This document shows positions 1-12,185 of a stretch of DNA of 64,000 bases, piece by piece. The stretch is from Ancylonema sp. Taxonomy: Eukaryota. The stretch's first letter is position 1, and each line of letters begins with the position of its first letter. The DNA lies in assembly GCA_050230475.1 (NCBI GenBank), contig JBFLGF010000113.1:1-64000 (forward strand). Direction: 5' to 3'. Under the pieces are notes generated by a model. The model saw only the letters and a program-made list of their open reading frames with translations, ran no database searches and was not told where the DNA came from. The translations under genes and the position numbers were made by a program.

Positions 1-834
1 TTGCTTATTATGTGAGCAAAGAAGGGATTGGATGAAGGGTTCGATTTGACATTTTGATGATGATGACGATGGGGATGTCATGTTTATGATGATGATGATG
101 ATTTTTTTCCCCATAAGTCAATGTGCTTTGGCTCTTTACACATGTATGGAAGGAAAAAATACACGTGAGATATCGACAACGGATATAAACGTCAGTAGTA
201 TTTTTTCCTTTTGTTCACCCCTTGTTGTCCATGTTCCCCCACGCAATTCCTCTACGATTCCGAACAATTTTGTTCAATTCCGTACACCGCAGACAAGTGG
301 TCAAGACAAGGGACCTCTAAATAACAAGGGACAAGGGACAAGGGACCTCTAACACCAGAGGAGATCAGGGCGCCGGAAGGGTAGCCCCCTCTTTAAAAAA
401 CGCAATTATATACATTGTACATGGAGCCCATGATCCCGAGAGGCCGTGAGCCCATGAGCCCGTGTGCTTGTGCGCCATTGGGGCTCTTACATGTTGTGCC
501 ATCGTTTTCGTGTAGCTTCTTGTTAGTGAAAGAAAAGAGAAGTGCGTGATTATTGAGGCATGAGTAGAAACGAAAATCTGGAATTGAGAAGTTGAAGGGA
601 GTAAACCGAAGAGTGTATCTAATGTCCGACCAAGTCAAAGACATTTTTTTTTGGTTTAGTCACCGCCACACGTGTACTTACATAGTTGTTGTCCGCAATG
701 CGTAGTCCGAATTGCCACATCGTTCATCGGCCATACATTTGTACATTTAGGGTTGTATCCTCATTCGCTGGCGTGGGCGTTGACACTACAAAACAAACAT
801 TGCAAGTTGTCATTTCTAGTTGTGCAAATTTGAG

Positions 835-1064
835 CATATTTGGGTGTGGACGCGACCAGGGATCTCTGGACGCGTCTGAATGCGTCCGGGCCCAGCCAAA
901 AACTCCCACCCTTCAAATGGCTAGTACATAGTCTATTTTTTGTTTTTTTCTTTCTTTTTGTTTTTGTCTTTCTTTCCTTGTTTTCCTTCGTTGGCCCCGG
1001 ATGCGTCAGGGATCTCGAACGCGCTTGGGGATTTCGTCCGGGACGCAAATGGGACGCAAATATG
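835..1064. mobile_element. Short MITE of the CATA(G/T)TTG-TIR hAT-related family
   Basis: CATATTTGGG...CGCAAATATG inverted ends; internal GGACGCGTC/TCCGGG motifs shared with the hAT element at 54165-58109; degenerate 8-bp flanks (AATTTGAG/ATTTTGAT). Confidence 0.45.
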
Positions 1065-3033
1065 ATTTTGATCATTATGTGAAGTCACACCGTTTCTCAT
1101 GCAAGGATGTATGAAGCATGTCACAAGAAAAACTTGAACATGAAACTAGTGCAAATTGTAATCAATGCAAGTCCGTACTTTTCTAGATTCACATTACAAT
1201 TCGCATTCGATCCCTATTCCTCATGCAACGAGGTATGCTTGCATTCATATGTTTGCCACTACTTGTTATGTTTCTACCGTTGTATTGGCACTACCACGTA
1301 CTATCATTCTTAGCCGGTACCATTTTTGCCACCTCCAGCGTCCCCACTACCATTTTTACCACCATTTTTTGCCACTTTAATTTTTACCACTACCATTTTG
1401 CCACTACCAATTCATTGCCCCTACCATTTTGGATAAGTCGATGTGGCAGTGTGTTGGAGGTCAGCCTTACTTCGCCACAAGAAGGAGAAGGGACTTTCAA
1501 AAAAAGGAGATCATGAAGTTCACATCCGGATCATGACCGGATCGGAAACGTCCCGATCGGATCGGGTACAATTACAGTGGAGATTGCCACCGTCCGAATA
1601 GTTTCGCCATCATATGAGATTTGTGTGAATTTTGGTATGGCATCACGTGATTGTTTTTAAATCGAGTGAATACCACCTCGAGTCTCGATTGCTGCGAGGA
1701 TAACATTGTTGCACGATTGATTTGAAATATCTTTTTGCATTATGACATCGCACAACCAACCAAGTATATAGTTGCTCAATGCAAACCAGGGTTTGAATTA
1801 CGTTTTCAATCCAAACCGTCAATTTGAAACGTTCCGTAATTAGTCGTGAAGTCTCACACCATACCATTTTTTGTCACAAAAAATAATCAAGGGGGTGAGG
1901 GAGTGAGATTACGAGTCTATTGAACAGGATTGGGTTCATTTGTCATTTGTCATGCTCATCTGCATGTCATTTTGGGCTTATATTAAATAGGATAATCGTC
2001 AATCTTCAATTTGGGAAGATCACAATATATCAAACTCTCGAAGCCTCGATTGGGATACGAGGTTATGATGTGAGAATCCTAGAAATATGGACCATATCCC
2101 GACAAGACCTACGTAGTTCAGGCCGAGTAGACATCTAGAACCACACCTAGGCGTGAATTGTTGTTGCTTGTCCGTTGTCCGTTTCAGCTTCTGGAACTAT
2201 TTAGATGATGCAATATTCTAGTAACCGTAGTTGGGCGCGAACAACTAAAACCGCGCACATATTCGGAACATGTGCGCTCCACCCGCGCACATCTTCGCGC
2301 CAAACTATGCTGATAACCGAAAGTGTAAGAAAGTCAGGTAAGTTTCACGGAAGGTTCCTATAAGGGTTTCTACGTTTGAAAACTGAGAACCATACACCTG
2401 GAAACATGCAAGTACTGATACGAGGAAATTATGGACCTCTCAAAACTTATTGAAGGGACACTTTTACTTGGGCATATCTTGGTGCCCTTATGAAGGGTGT
2501 GCCCATAAACAAAGTACTAGAGTTGCCTATGTAGAGGTATAACTACACCTCTAGAACACAAAATTTAAACCGTGTTATTCAGAAATGTTCGAAAAACATC
2601 AAGGTACTTCCGGAAAAAAAACGTCAGAATTCGAAAATCTTTTGGGATATGCGAAAGAAAAATCGGTGAAACGCCAAAATGCACAATGAGAGAGACTTCC
2701 GACAAGCTTTTGAGAAGAATCCGAGAAACATCCGAGAAACTTCCGAGAAACTTTTGAGAGGAACTCGAGAAAGAGTATTTGAAATTACAAAAAAACTCAA
2801 ACTGCAGAACGACCAACGTTCTTCCTACATTATATTTACACATTTACATCCTTCCATATTGTCAATAGGCGACTAATGTACACAAAATTGGCTCATTGTC
2901 ACCGGTTTATAACAACCACTTGATGAAAACCGATTTGCAGCGACTGTTCTGAAGTGTCTCGCCTATGATCACTGCTTTATAATGACCTGTTTGTGATAAC
3001 CGAATTATGATAACCGGAATACGATAAGCACAT

Positions 3034-4769
3034 TCACTTTGGTAGACTGGCATACACATCTTGCACTGCTTGGGAGATTTCATTCACCCTAAGAAGAATC
3101 TCGTTTCGTTGTTTGTCATCCAATCGTATGTTCCACTTTTGAGAAAACTTGTCTGCATCCCACCGAGAATGAAACACATGCTATAATGTCAACCTCCATG
3201 TCCACCATGTCTTCCAAGCACAATTTGTATAATTGTGGACACAAAAACACGTGTCCAACCGATACACGCGACCCGCCCACAAAACTTGAGTAAAATCTCC
3301 CACAAACATAACAAAAATAGGCGACCAACATCAGAAATTGTTTATGATGATGAATAGATTTTGAGAACGAAGTTCTTTATCTCGAGAGAAAGAAATGGAT
3401 GCAGTTGAATTATCTCAACTGGAAGTCAACGCCTCTCAAACAATACACCCTCGATATAAGAAACCACAAAATTTCCAAATGTTATATCTCTCATACCGAA
3501 TAACTCTTGTATGAACCACATTTTGTGAAACGTAAAATCCCAAAAAAAAAGTTTCTAATAAGCAGGTACTTTCATTTTTCGGGATCATTTCGTTCCTTGT
3601 ATCCGGGTGTAACAATTACCTGGATGCCACCTCATAATCTCCACCCGAACAACTTTCCTGTGTTCCGTTACAGGCACACCCTGCAGCACCACAGTTCCCA
3701 GCTCCCCCTCCCTCCCCCTCTCCACAGGGAATGGGATATCCTTAAACCCCAAACCAAGATTGCACGAACCCTCAAAAGCCGCCCAATTCTCCTTATACCT
3801 CATCTGCTGCCCAACCACCCTCCCCAACCGCACCCCCTCCCTCCACTCCCTATCCTTCCTCTCCTCCTCCTCCAAGATCCTCTGACTCTCCCTCTCCCTC
3901 CCCTTCCTCTCCCTCTCCCTCTGGCCCATCTCCTCCGCCTTTGCCCGAAAGGTTCTAGAAGCTTCTAGAACCTCCGCAGCCCTCTTCCTCATCCCACGCG
4001 CGATCGAATCGCGCCACTCGTCCTCGTCGCCGGCCACATCAGCGGCGTCCACGTCAGCTGCCACGTCAGCGTCCCCGTACCAGTCGTTCCCCGCCTCTGC
4101 CCCGTCCCCGTCTTCGTACATCGCCTCCCACAGTCTCTGGCCCCAACCGCTGACCTCATCCCCGCCGGAACCGACGGGGCGTCTGACCTCAGCAGATTGC
4201 CCCCCACCTCCCGTGCTCATGTTACTCCTCAGACCCTGAAGTTTTTCCTTAAGGATTCCCAGAACCGTCTCCCCCCGGTTATCGGCCCGCCCGAAATCCG
4301 CCCCCGCCTGCTGCAGCGCAGTTAGGACGTCTGTGTGCCTCTGCCGGGCGGCGACATGGGCGGGATCCCTGCCCTTATTGTCCGTTATATGCACCCTGCT
4401 GCCCCGTTGTAAGAGGTATTCCACCACATCCACAGCTCCGCAAAAGGATCCGTGGTGGAGAGCCGTCCACCCATCCAGATCTTGCGCATCGAGATCGATT
4501 CTGGGCCGCCGATCTTGGAGCCGCCTCTTCTTTCCCTTATCTTTCCGTACCTTTTCGTACGAATATGGGTCGTCGCTCCCTGAAGAATTGTCGTCGATAT
4601 GATTGCTCCCTGGATCAGCTCGGCCGGAAGCGTGTTTTCGTGTCCGATTAGTCTCAGGACCGGAATTAGAACCACGCTCTTGAGATGATAAATATTTTAT
4701 AACACGCTTTAACGACCCCTTGGCTGCTGCAGTCCAAAATTTCCGCTCATACTTCGCTTGTCTACTCAT
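3034..4769 (-). CDS. Ankyrin-repeat protein with NFKBIL1 (IkappaB-like protein 1)-type C-terminus; 2 exons (4769-3620, 3152-3034)
   Basis: Ankyrin motifs GWTALHHGSFCGAVDVVEYLL and GRDPAHVAARQRHTDVLTAL; DIPFP motif; a GT-AG intron (3619-3153) restores MRWHP|DKFSQKW and ends in frame at ...RVNEISQAVQDVYASLPK*. Confidence 0.8.
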
Positions 4770-5046
4770 ACTGCGTACGGTCAGCCCTCTTTATAATATA
4801 TCTGGCTAAAGTTTTGTATCGCATCCTCTGGTTCAGCATGTACAGCATGTGTAGTATGATGAGTGCTCAAACAACTTTCTCCAAAGAAGGAATTCACCAA
4901 CTTCGTATCCTTTCCCGATTCAGATGATGTTGTTCCGAACCAAGGAGACCAAGGGCACAGATGCTAAAACAAAAGCCAAACATCTCAGCTACCGTTGGCC
5001 CACACGGCGAACGCCCGCCCCCGTCGTGCTCATTGTCCTCATCATA

Positions 5047-8000
5047 CAGTACTCCCTCGACATAACGACCCTCTTTATGACGACAACCTAGATATAACGA
5101 CAGTTTTTTGAAACTTTTTTAAAATCAACATGACATCGCCCTCGATATTAGCATAACGACACTCTATATAATGACAAATTATTTCAGAAATTTGTTTCTG
5201 AATGTCCAGAACTAAGCTCCTGTATATGTAGCAATAGTTCCTCCCGGGTTGCGAAGCACTCACAAGTTACACTCATTCAATGTGAACGTTAGCAGTTGCT
5301 CGAAAATGTCCATGTTGTTCATTGTTCCAACCGTCCAGTGCTTTTACTCCATGTCCAACAAAATGTGCGTGTCCAGTGTTGCTTTGTTACAACCTTAATA
5401 CCTCCCCACCTCTCCTCGTAAAGTTTGTGGTACATTTTGTCCATCCACATATATTGGTATCATGACGCACTTGTGTAGCTCGTGCATCAACACTAGGGTG
5501 GGCACCCGCCGTCCAGCTGCCGGCCAACCGGCGGCCGGCCGCCATTTCACCAGACCTCCTTCCACCCGGATTTCCGCCACCCGACCGCAATTGTGCCGTC
5601 CGACCGTCCGACCGCCACCCGTTGTCCGACCGCGCCCCGACCGCCTTCGTTGTCGCCGGCGCGGGCCAGAATCGCGGGCGGTTGGTGTTCGGAACGGTCG
5701 GGTGGTGGCGGAGGCGGTCGGACGGCGGTCGGGGCGGTCGGAGTTCGGTTGAATGAGCCTTGAGGAGGTTAGCATTAACTGTAGTAGTTTGTTTTGTGTG
5801 TTTTATTTTTATTTTTATATACTTTCTCATTCCTTTGGTTACATGTTCTTATTGACTTACTCTGCCCATTGCAGTCGGAGGGCGGTGATGTGAAATATTA
5901 AAATAAATAATTCTCTAAACGTTGGAAACCCGATTGGGTTTCCAACGTTTTGCCTCCTAAGGTGCCATCGTTGCCATTTTTTATGAGTGCACATCATAAC
6001 ACCATGAGAAACGGAAAACGAAAAAAATTGATGGCTACACGCACACCAAATTGTTTACTTTAACCATCTTGTAAATTGCGAATTGTGGTACACAACACTT
6101 ATGGACAAAAATTCATGGGTGAAAATAAATATGTACGCCACGATATTCCAGAGTACCGTCAATCATTTATTTGTAACCACATTATTTATGCAAACTGGTT
6201 CCAAATGCCGGTTCAAAATAATATATGCTTCAAATGGAAACATCATGACGATTCGCAATACACGGGATCACAAATCAGCATCCACAATCGCGAAAAACCG
6301 AGAGTGTTCAATACTCGTACGAACTATGCGGAGCTACCATGAACATATCCAGTGTTCCAGTGTGTTTAAGGGAACGCCTCGTATTTTTCGCTTTCCCCCC
6401 CCCCCCACCCACCGCCGTCCAACCGATCCAACCGCCAAATAATGGCGGTCGGACGGCGGAATCGCGGCTGGACGGCGGAATCGCGATCGGGTGGCGGAAA
6501 CCCGGCCGGGTGGCGGCCGGGGCGGTTGGAGGCGGTCGGAGGCGTTCGGCGGGCGGTCGACCGTCGACCGCCACCGATTCTGGCGGGCGGGTCCCACCCT
6601 AATCAACACACACGCTGAATTGGATAATCATGCCAAGGCAACTTACTCTAGGAAACACATAATAAACACATTTGCTTACTCACTTTGCTTCATTCGCGAA
6701 GTCCCTCGATACAAGTACATAGATTTCAGATTCTAGTAGTAAATATCGTTATACCATAGATGGGTCTTTGAAGTGCGCGTCCCGCACGTGTTTCGCACGC
6801 GTGCGCAAATCTCGCGCACGGTGCGCGCCCGTAGGCGTTAAAATTATGTTATTATTACTTGGAGGGGGGGGTACATCCTACACCCCAGGGGTGCCGGGAT
6901 GTTTCCAAATTCATGAAATGTATTTGTTGAACCGGTTACAACGCGGCAGTATTCAATTTAGGGCCTGAAACGTTATATCGAACCACTTACAGTGCAAAAT
7001 TGTTTAGTATTCACTACTTAGTCTCGACGTCTGAAATCGATTTCTGAAATTGTCACTATGTCGAATGCTAGGGCTATCACTATACACTGTATAGTGACAT
7101 TTGATAGGGCGACAATATGCAAACGTCACCATTTCAAGAGAAAGTGAAATGTAGGTCGGTATTTTGAAGGGAGGTCGAACATCTACAATTTAGATGTAGA
7201 TTCTACATCGCTTGTTATGATATCCTCTCGCTACTCTAAAATTTGTCTACATCACTAATGTTGGAACCATTAAAAAAACGAAATTAGACTGGTTATTGAT
7301 TTACACGTCAACTTTTGGGTGAAAACCGAAAATCGGGCGGAATCGGTCGTGACAAGTTATTCATTTTCACAATACGAATTTTGACAAGATTCACCGTATT
7401 GTGACATTGCAATATTAAAATCTGGGATTTTGTGGTCAGTATAACGTATGTCACTATAGAGATTGTCACTACATAGACTTGGGTTTCATATAGGATTAGA
7501 AAACGGGCAAAAAGAATGTCATTATATCGAGATTGGCACAATAGAGTGTGTCACTATATCAAGACTGCACAATAGTAGTACCCGGATGGGTCAAAGCTAT
7601 TTACGGACGCGTCCAGAACACATCCACCGACGGACGCGTCCGGATCAAGTCCACTAACGGACGCGCCCGCGACTTCTGAGTGGTACTTCGGGGTTATTAT
7701 ACGAAGTAAAAGTTGCCGAACGACGGTGACAGTTATGTTCTTCCGGTCTTGAGATATAACAGCCTCTAGTATACCGGGCAACTTTTAGACGTCATCTAAC
7801 CGTCCATACCACACGCTATACACCGTCCACCACCGTTGCGTTTGCGCAAATTTACGGCCTCGATTAACAAATCGCAACCCGACTCACTTGATGAACGTCG
7901 CGTCACGTCACGTCACGTCACTCTACGACAAATCATGTGTCACTACAATTGGTGAATCCTTAAAGTTGGTTCCAATATTTGCATTGATGTGGCAAACTCA

Positions 8001-8527
8001 TCAACAACGAGAACATCGATCAGTATCAATCATTGTTCTTTTAAGTCGTAAATCTCTATTGTCCTTGAATCTAATGACCAACACAACGAGAAATTTGGAC
8101 CTCTATCGTACAGAAAAAATATGACTGCGTTTATTGAGGACCTTCACGAGGAGATTTGGGTAAGTATTAAGCACGAAGCATCACTATACTCGAATAACTT
8201 GTCGAACATGGAGTAAATCCAATGGTCATGAACGTTAAATATAAGTTTGCACCCATAACTTTGACTAGAATCGACGTAATTTGTGATTTTTTAATTCTAT
8301 ATTTTTTTCGATTACCATACATCGTTATATGCGAGAAATAGCGTTCTATACACACTCTGGGGACAACTTAAATAACAAATTTATGAAACAACTTTGTGTT
8401 CGAGAGAGTGTCGATGGCCTACGCTTATATCGAGGGCGATTTTATATTCATTTTAATGAATTTCAAAAAAATGGCATAACATCGAGATTGTCTAAATAAA
8501 GAGGGTCGTTATATTGAGGGAGCACTC
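5047..8527. mobile_element. Non-autonomous Tc1/pogo(Tigger)-like DNA element with nested insertions
   Basis: Imperfect long TIRs: CAGTACTCCCTCGACATAACGACCCTCTTTAT vs reverse complement GAGTGCTCCCTCAATATAACGACCCTCTTTAT; TA on both flanks; no transposase ORF. Confidence 0.55.
5494..6601. mobile_element. Non-autonomous hAT element (TAGGG-type TIR)
   Basis: TAGGGTGGG...CCCACCCTA termini; perfect 8-bp TSD ATCAACAC (5486-5493, 6602-6609); GC-rich CCGAC/CCGCC subterminal repeats. Confidence 0.8.
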
Positions 8528-9578
8528 TAGTTGGACACCCAAAATGGCGCCCTCGTACAAGTAGAGTGGCGGTCTACCCTTAATCCGCAAAACCCTTAAT
8601 CCGTTATCTTGAGTAGGAACCCGCAAATAACCCGGCAGCCGAAAGCCGGGGTCAAACCCCGGAAAAACCCGGAATAAGCCTCGTACCCGAAAATACCCGG
8701 AATACCCCTGGGTATTTTTGTTTTTTCCGGGTATTTTAGGGTAATTCAGGGTACACCACGGTAGGCGGGGGTGGACAATACGCAATACGCTATCGATACG
8801 CCGTATATCGCGTATTGAAAATTTTCTCGATTTGATTATACGCGTATTGTCAATACACATGCGTTTTTTCACAGTTTTAGATCCCACACATCCAGAAGTA
8901 GAATGGTAACATCGGGTGCTTATCCTAGATCAGTTGGGCATCAAACGGATGTATTTATCCATGAAATACATGACACGTGCATGTTCTACCACTAAATGTG
9001 CATTTGTTTTATTCATTTTGCTGGTGACCGCCTATAATCGAAATTGGCACAAGTTTATGTACAAATTGTACGGAAAATACGTGCGGAATTTATGTCTCGC
9101 AAGAGCTTGTGTACGACCAGACCCGTGCGCCGACCTACGGATACGAATCGGACGACAGAATGGAGATGGACGGTATACTAGAGGGACATCGTCCGTCCAG
9201 CCCGGGATTCTGTGACGAATATCACAGATCTTCTAACGTTCATACCGTCGTTCAGGGTTTCAGGAGGGATTTTAGGGGTTTTAGGGTGGCTCATATGTGA
9301 CAAATTAATTGCCGGGAAGGGGTGGGCGAATTGTTGGGGCTTGAAAATTTATTGTTGGGGGGTGGGCGGATTGCTGGGTCTTTGGCTTATTATTTCCGTT
9401 TCGGGTAGGGTGGGGCATTAAATCTGGCCGGTACGGTAAACCCGAATCCGGGTATGAGAATTTCAAGTAGATTTGGGAGGTTATTTACTTACACAACGTT
9501 AATTTCGACAAGTTTCACTCTACAGTGTCATCTCAATAGTAAACCCTGGGAAACTTTGGTCACTATAACGTGTGTCAC

Positions 9579-11477
9579 TAGGGTTGTGCAACCTTAAAAA
9601 CCATAGCAATTTAAGAGCCTTAATTAAGGTTTTTGAGTTAAGGTTTTAAACCCCTTGCGTTCTCGGACCCTTAAAATGTGGTCCCCTAAAAACCCTTCAA
9701 AAATGTCACTTAACAAGAAGTCCCAAGAAATCCCAGAGGACCAATAGATGCCGAGCACCGCGAACCAACCGCAGAAGGTTCGTGGTCACCGAAATTCAAC
9801 GCTAGCAAGACTAGAACATTCTCGTCCTTAATCCTCGGTATAACGAACACAAGCACCTGTATGGCCTATAACGACAATGCAACCCCCTACACACACACGA
9901 GGCCCCTCTATGGTCTAATTAGGGTTGTGAAATAACCGTAAATGGGATTTCGTCCCCGTAACTACCGATCAAATTACGTGATTACGCGTACACCGCGTAA
10001 TTTGTAATTTGGGAAGCGTCACTTTACGCGCGGCCCGTTTAGACACAATGCTTCGGCGACATGTCGATATTATGCCGGGATTTCCACTATCACACGTGTA
10101 GAAACCAAAAACCACGTACGGACTCGTCCGGTTTCTATGATCGAATGTTTCTACTCACAAGTACTATCGTACAATGAAACAAAAAATGTACGGAAAATAT
10201 ATATTTGTCTTTTACTGCACATGTATTTGCACAACATACGCTCGATATACGAAAATTGTTCAGTATAATGTGCACGGTTATCTACGGTATGTGTACGACT
10301 ACACTTACAATCACATTTTTGCCAGGGTATTGGCGATTCCGGGCCCGACATGACCAAAAGTAGTAAATCGCTGTAATTCGTAACGTTACCGAGGGGGTGT
10401 GTGTAATTACGAGTCAAAATGATGCGTAATTTATTGTCAAGCGTAAGCGTCACGGTAACGTTCACAACCCTATCCATATACAGAACACCGTTTGATCACG
10501 AGAGGCTGCACAAATTTCCCAGGACTTTACATCAAGCGACCCTTTCAGCCAACCTTCCATTTCGTTGGATCGAAAATTACTACGTGAAGTTGGCGTTTGA
10601 GATGCGTAGAGCCGGCATCAAGATGCCTGACAGGACTAAACCGTCAAGTTCTAGTTTATTGAATGTTTTATGATATGTTGTTTTGAAAAAACCCGACGGT
10701 TGTCGAGTTCATTTCTATGGTTCCATGTCCTTTCGTTTCGCTATGTCCACAGTTCACAAATAACTCAAAAGTACATTGTGTTCTTCTTGCGGGTCCTTTG
10801 CTGGACGCCTAGTACAATGTACAGGAGGGTTCCTTGCACGAAGCTATCACGGTGGACTATAGGAAAATGCATTTGTAGGGTGCTATTGTGCTGTCGAGAA
10901 CGAGGAAGGATGTGTTTGCAAGATGGTCTAACACATTTAGAGTGTAAGTTGAACTTCTATTTCATAAAAAAAATTATAGTTTTAGACTCGTCTTATAAAG
11001 ACCGAGAGTCGTTTTCTTTTTAAGATGAGATAGAAATGAGAGCAAGATTATTTGTGATGTCCTTTCATTCATGGTCTACAAACATTATGATGCCATTTAT
11101 CACTATTTATCCACATCCTGGAATTGCCTCAAGACATAGTGGTTATCATTTACTACCAACCGAGTCAGCGTTTTCCTTAGACTTGTATGTGCATGAGAAT
11201 AACAAAGATGTACGAAGAGATGATATACAATGAAAATTAACATAAGTTCACACACATCAATGAAAGGTTTGCAGATCAGCATATATGATTTTGTGTGAAA
11301 CGTTATTTTTTCTTCATAATTGATAGTTTTTAAGGTCGTCAATGAGTTGAGTGGTATGATTTGGCTCCGCAAACACCTCTATTGTGGATTATAAACAAGT
11401 TAAGGATTTTTAAATTTTAAGTGTTGAAGGTTATAAATGGACCGGGGGGGTACCGAAGGCTTTAAAACCCAACCCTA
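9579..11477. mobile_element. Non-autonomous hAT element (TAGGGTTG TIR) containing a second TAGGGTTGTGAA-terminated element at 9920-10472
   Basis: TAGGGTTG...CAACCCTA termini; 7/8 TSD TGTGTCAC/TGCGTCAC; inner element TAGGGTTGTGAA...TTCACAACCCTA has no clear TSD. Confidence 0.6.
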
Positions 11478-12185
11478 TGCGTCACTATATCGATTGTCAC
11501 CATATGGGGTGGGTTTTTATATAGGATTAAAAAAAGGATATCGTGATTGTCACTATATCGAGTGTTACTATGGCAAGGGTTTACTGTATACGGAGGTGCG
11601 ACTGTATGATATGTGGCAGAGAAGGAATTGTCCACCTTCGTCCCGTCACGATTTTGTCAGCAGACCGACGGGGGGGAGGGGGGAGTGTTTTCTGAGAAGA
11701 CTGGTTCAGGAATATGTGGATGAACTCGGCATGTCGCAGAATAAGAGAGTTTGTCGGTGGCACGAGTGCACCTGTATGCTGCGTGCGGAGAGCACGTGTG
11801 ACGCAGCGGAAGGGTAGGGTAAAACGGAGAAAACGACTGTCGGATGTGTCTCATCTGCCACATCGTAAAAGTATGTAAGCGCCTTCGTGCATGTCGAAAA
11901 TTGTTTGTCTCGTCCCACTCTATCTATACCATCCACTATGCTTTCACTCTCACAGACGAATCACGGTCGATAGTTTCCCGAATCTCTTCGATAATAGCTA
12001 TAGTGCGTTCAGAGGGATGTCAGCTAACGACAGAACGCGCGTTCCGAATTTTCTAGCACCTACTCATTTCTTCCGAATCCATCGCCGGACCTACCGCGAG
12101 ACTTGATCGTCCATCAAATCGCTTCTTTCTCTCATTCCGTTCGCTCTTCTATCCGCCATTATCGACCGCGACTTTCGATCAGATC

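Noticed and set aside
5387..6736. GC-rich Arg/Pro/Gly ORFs
   Set aside because: They lie in subterminal repeats of a TSD-bounded non-autonomous hAT element and show no protein motifs
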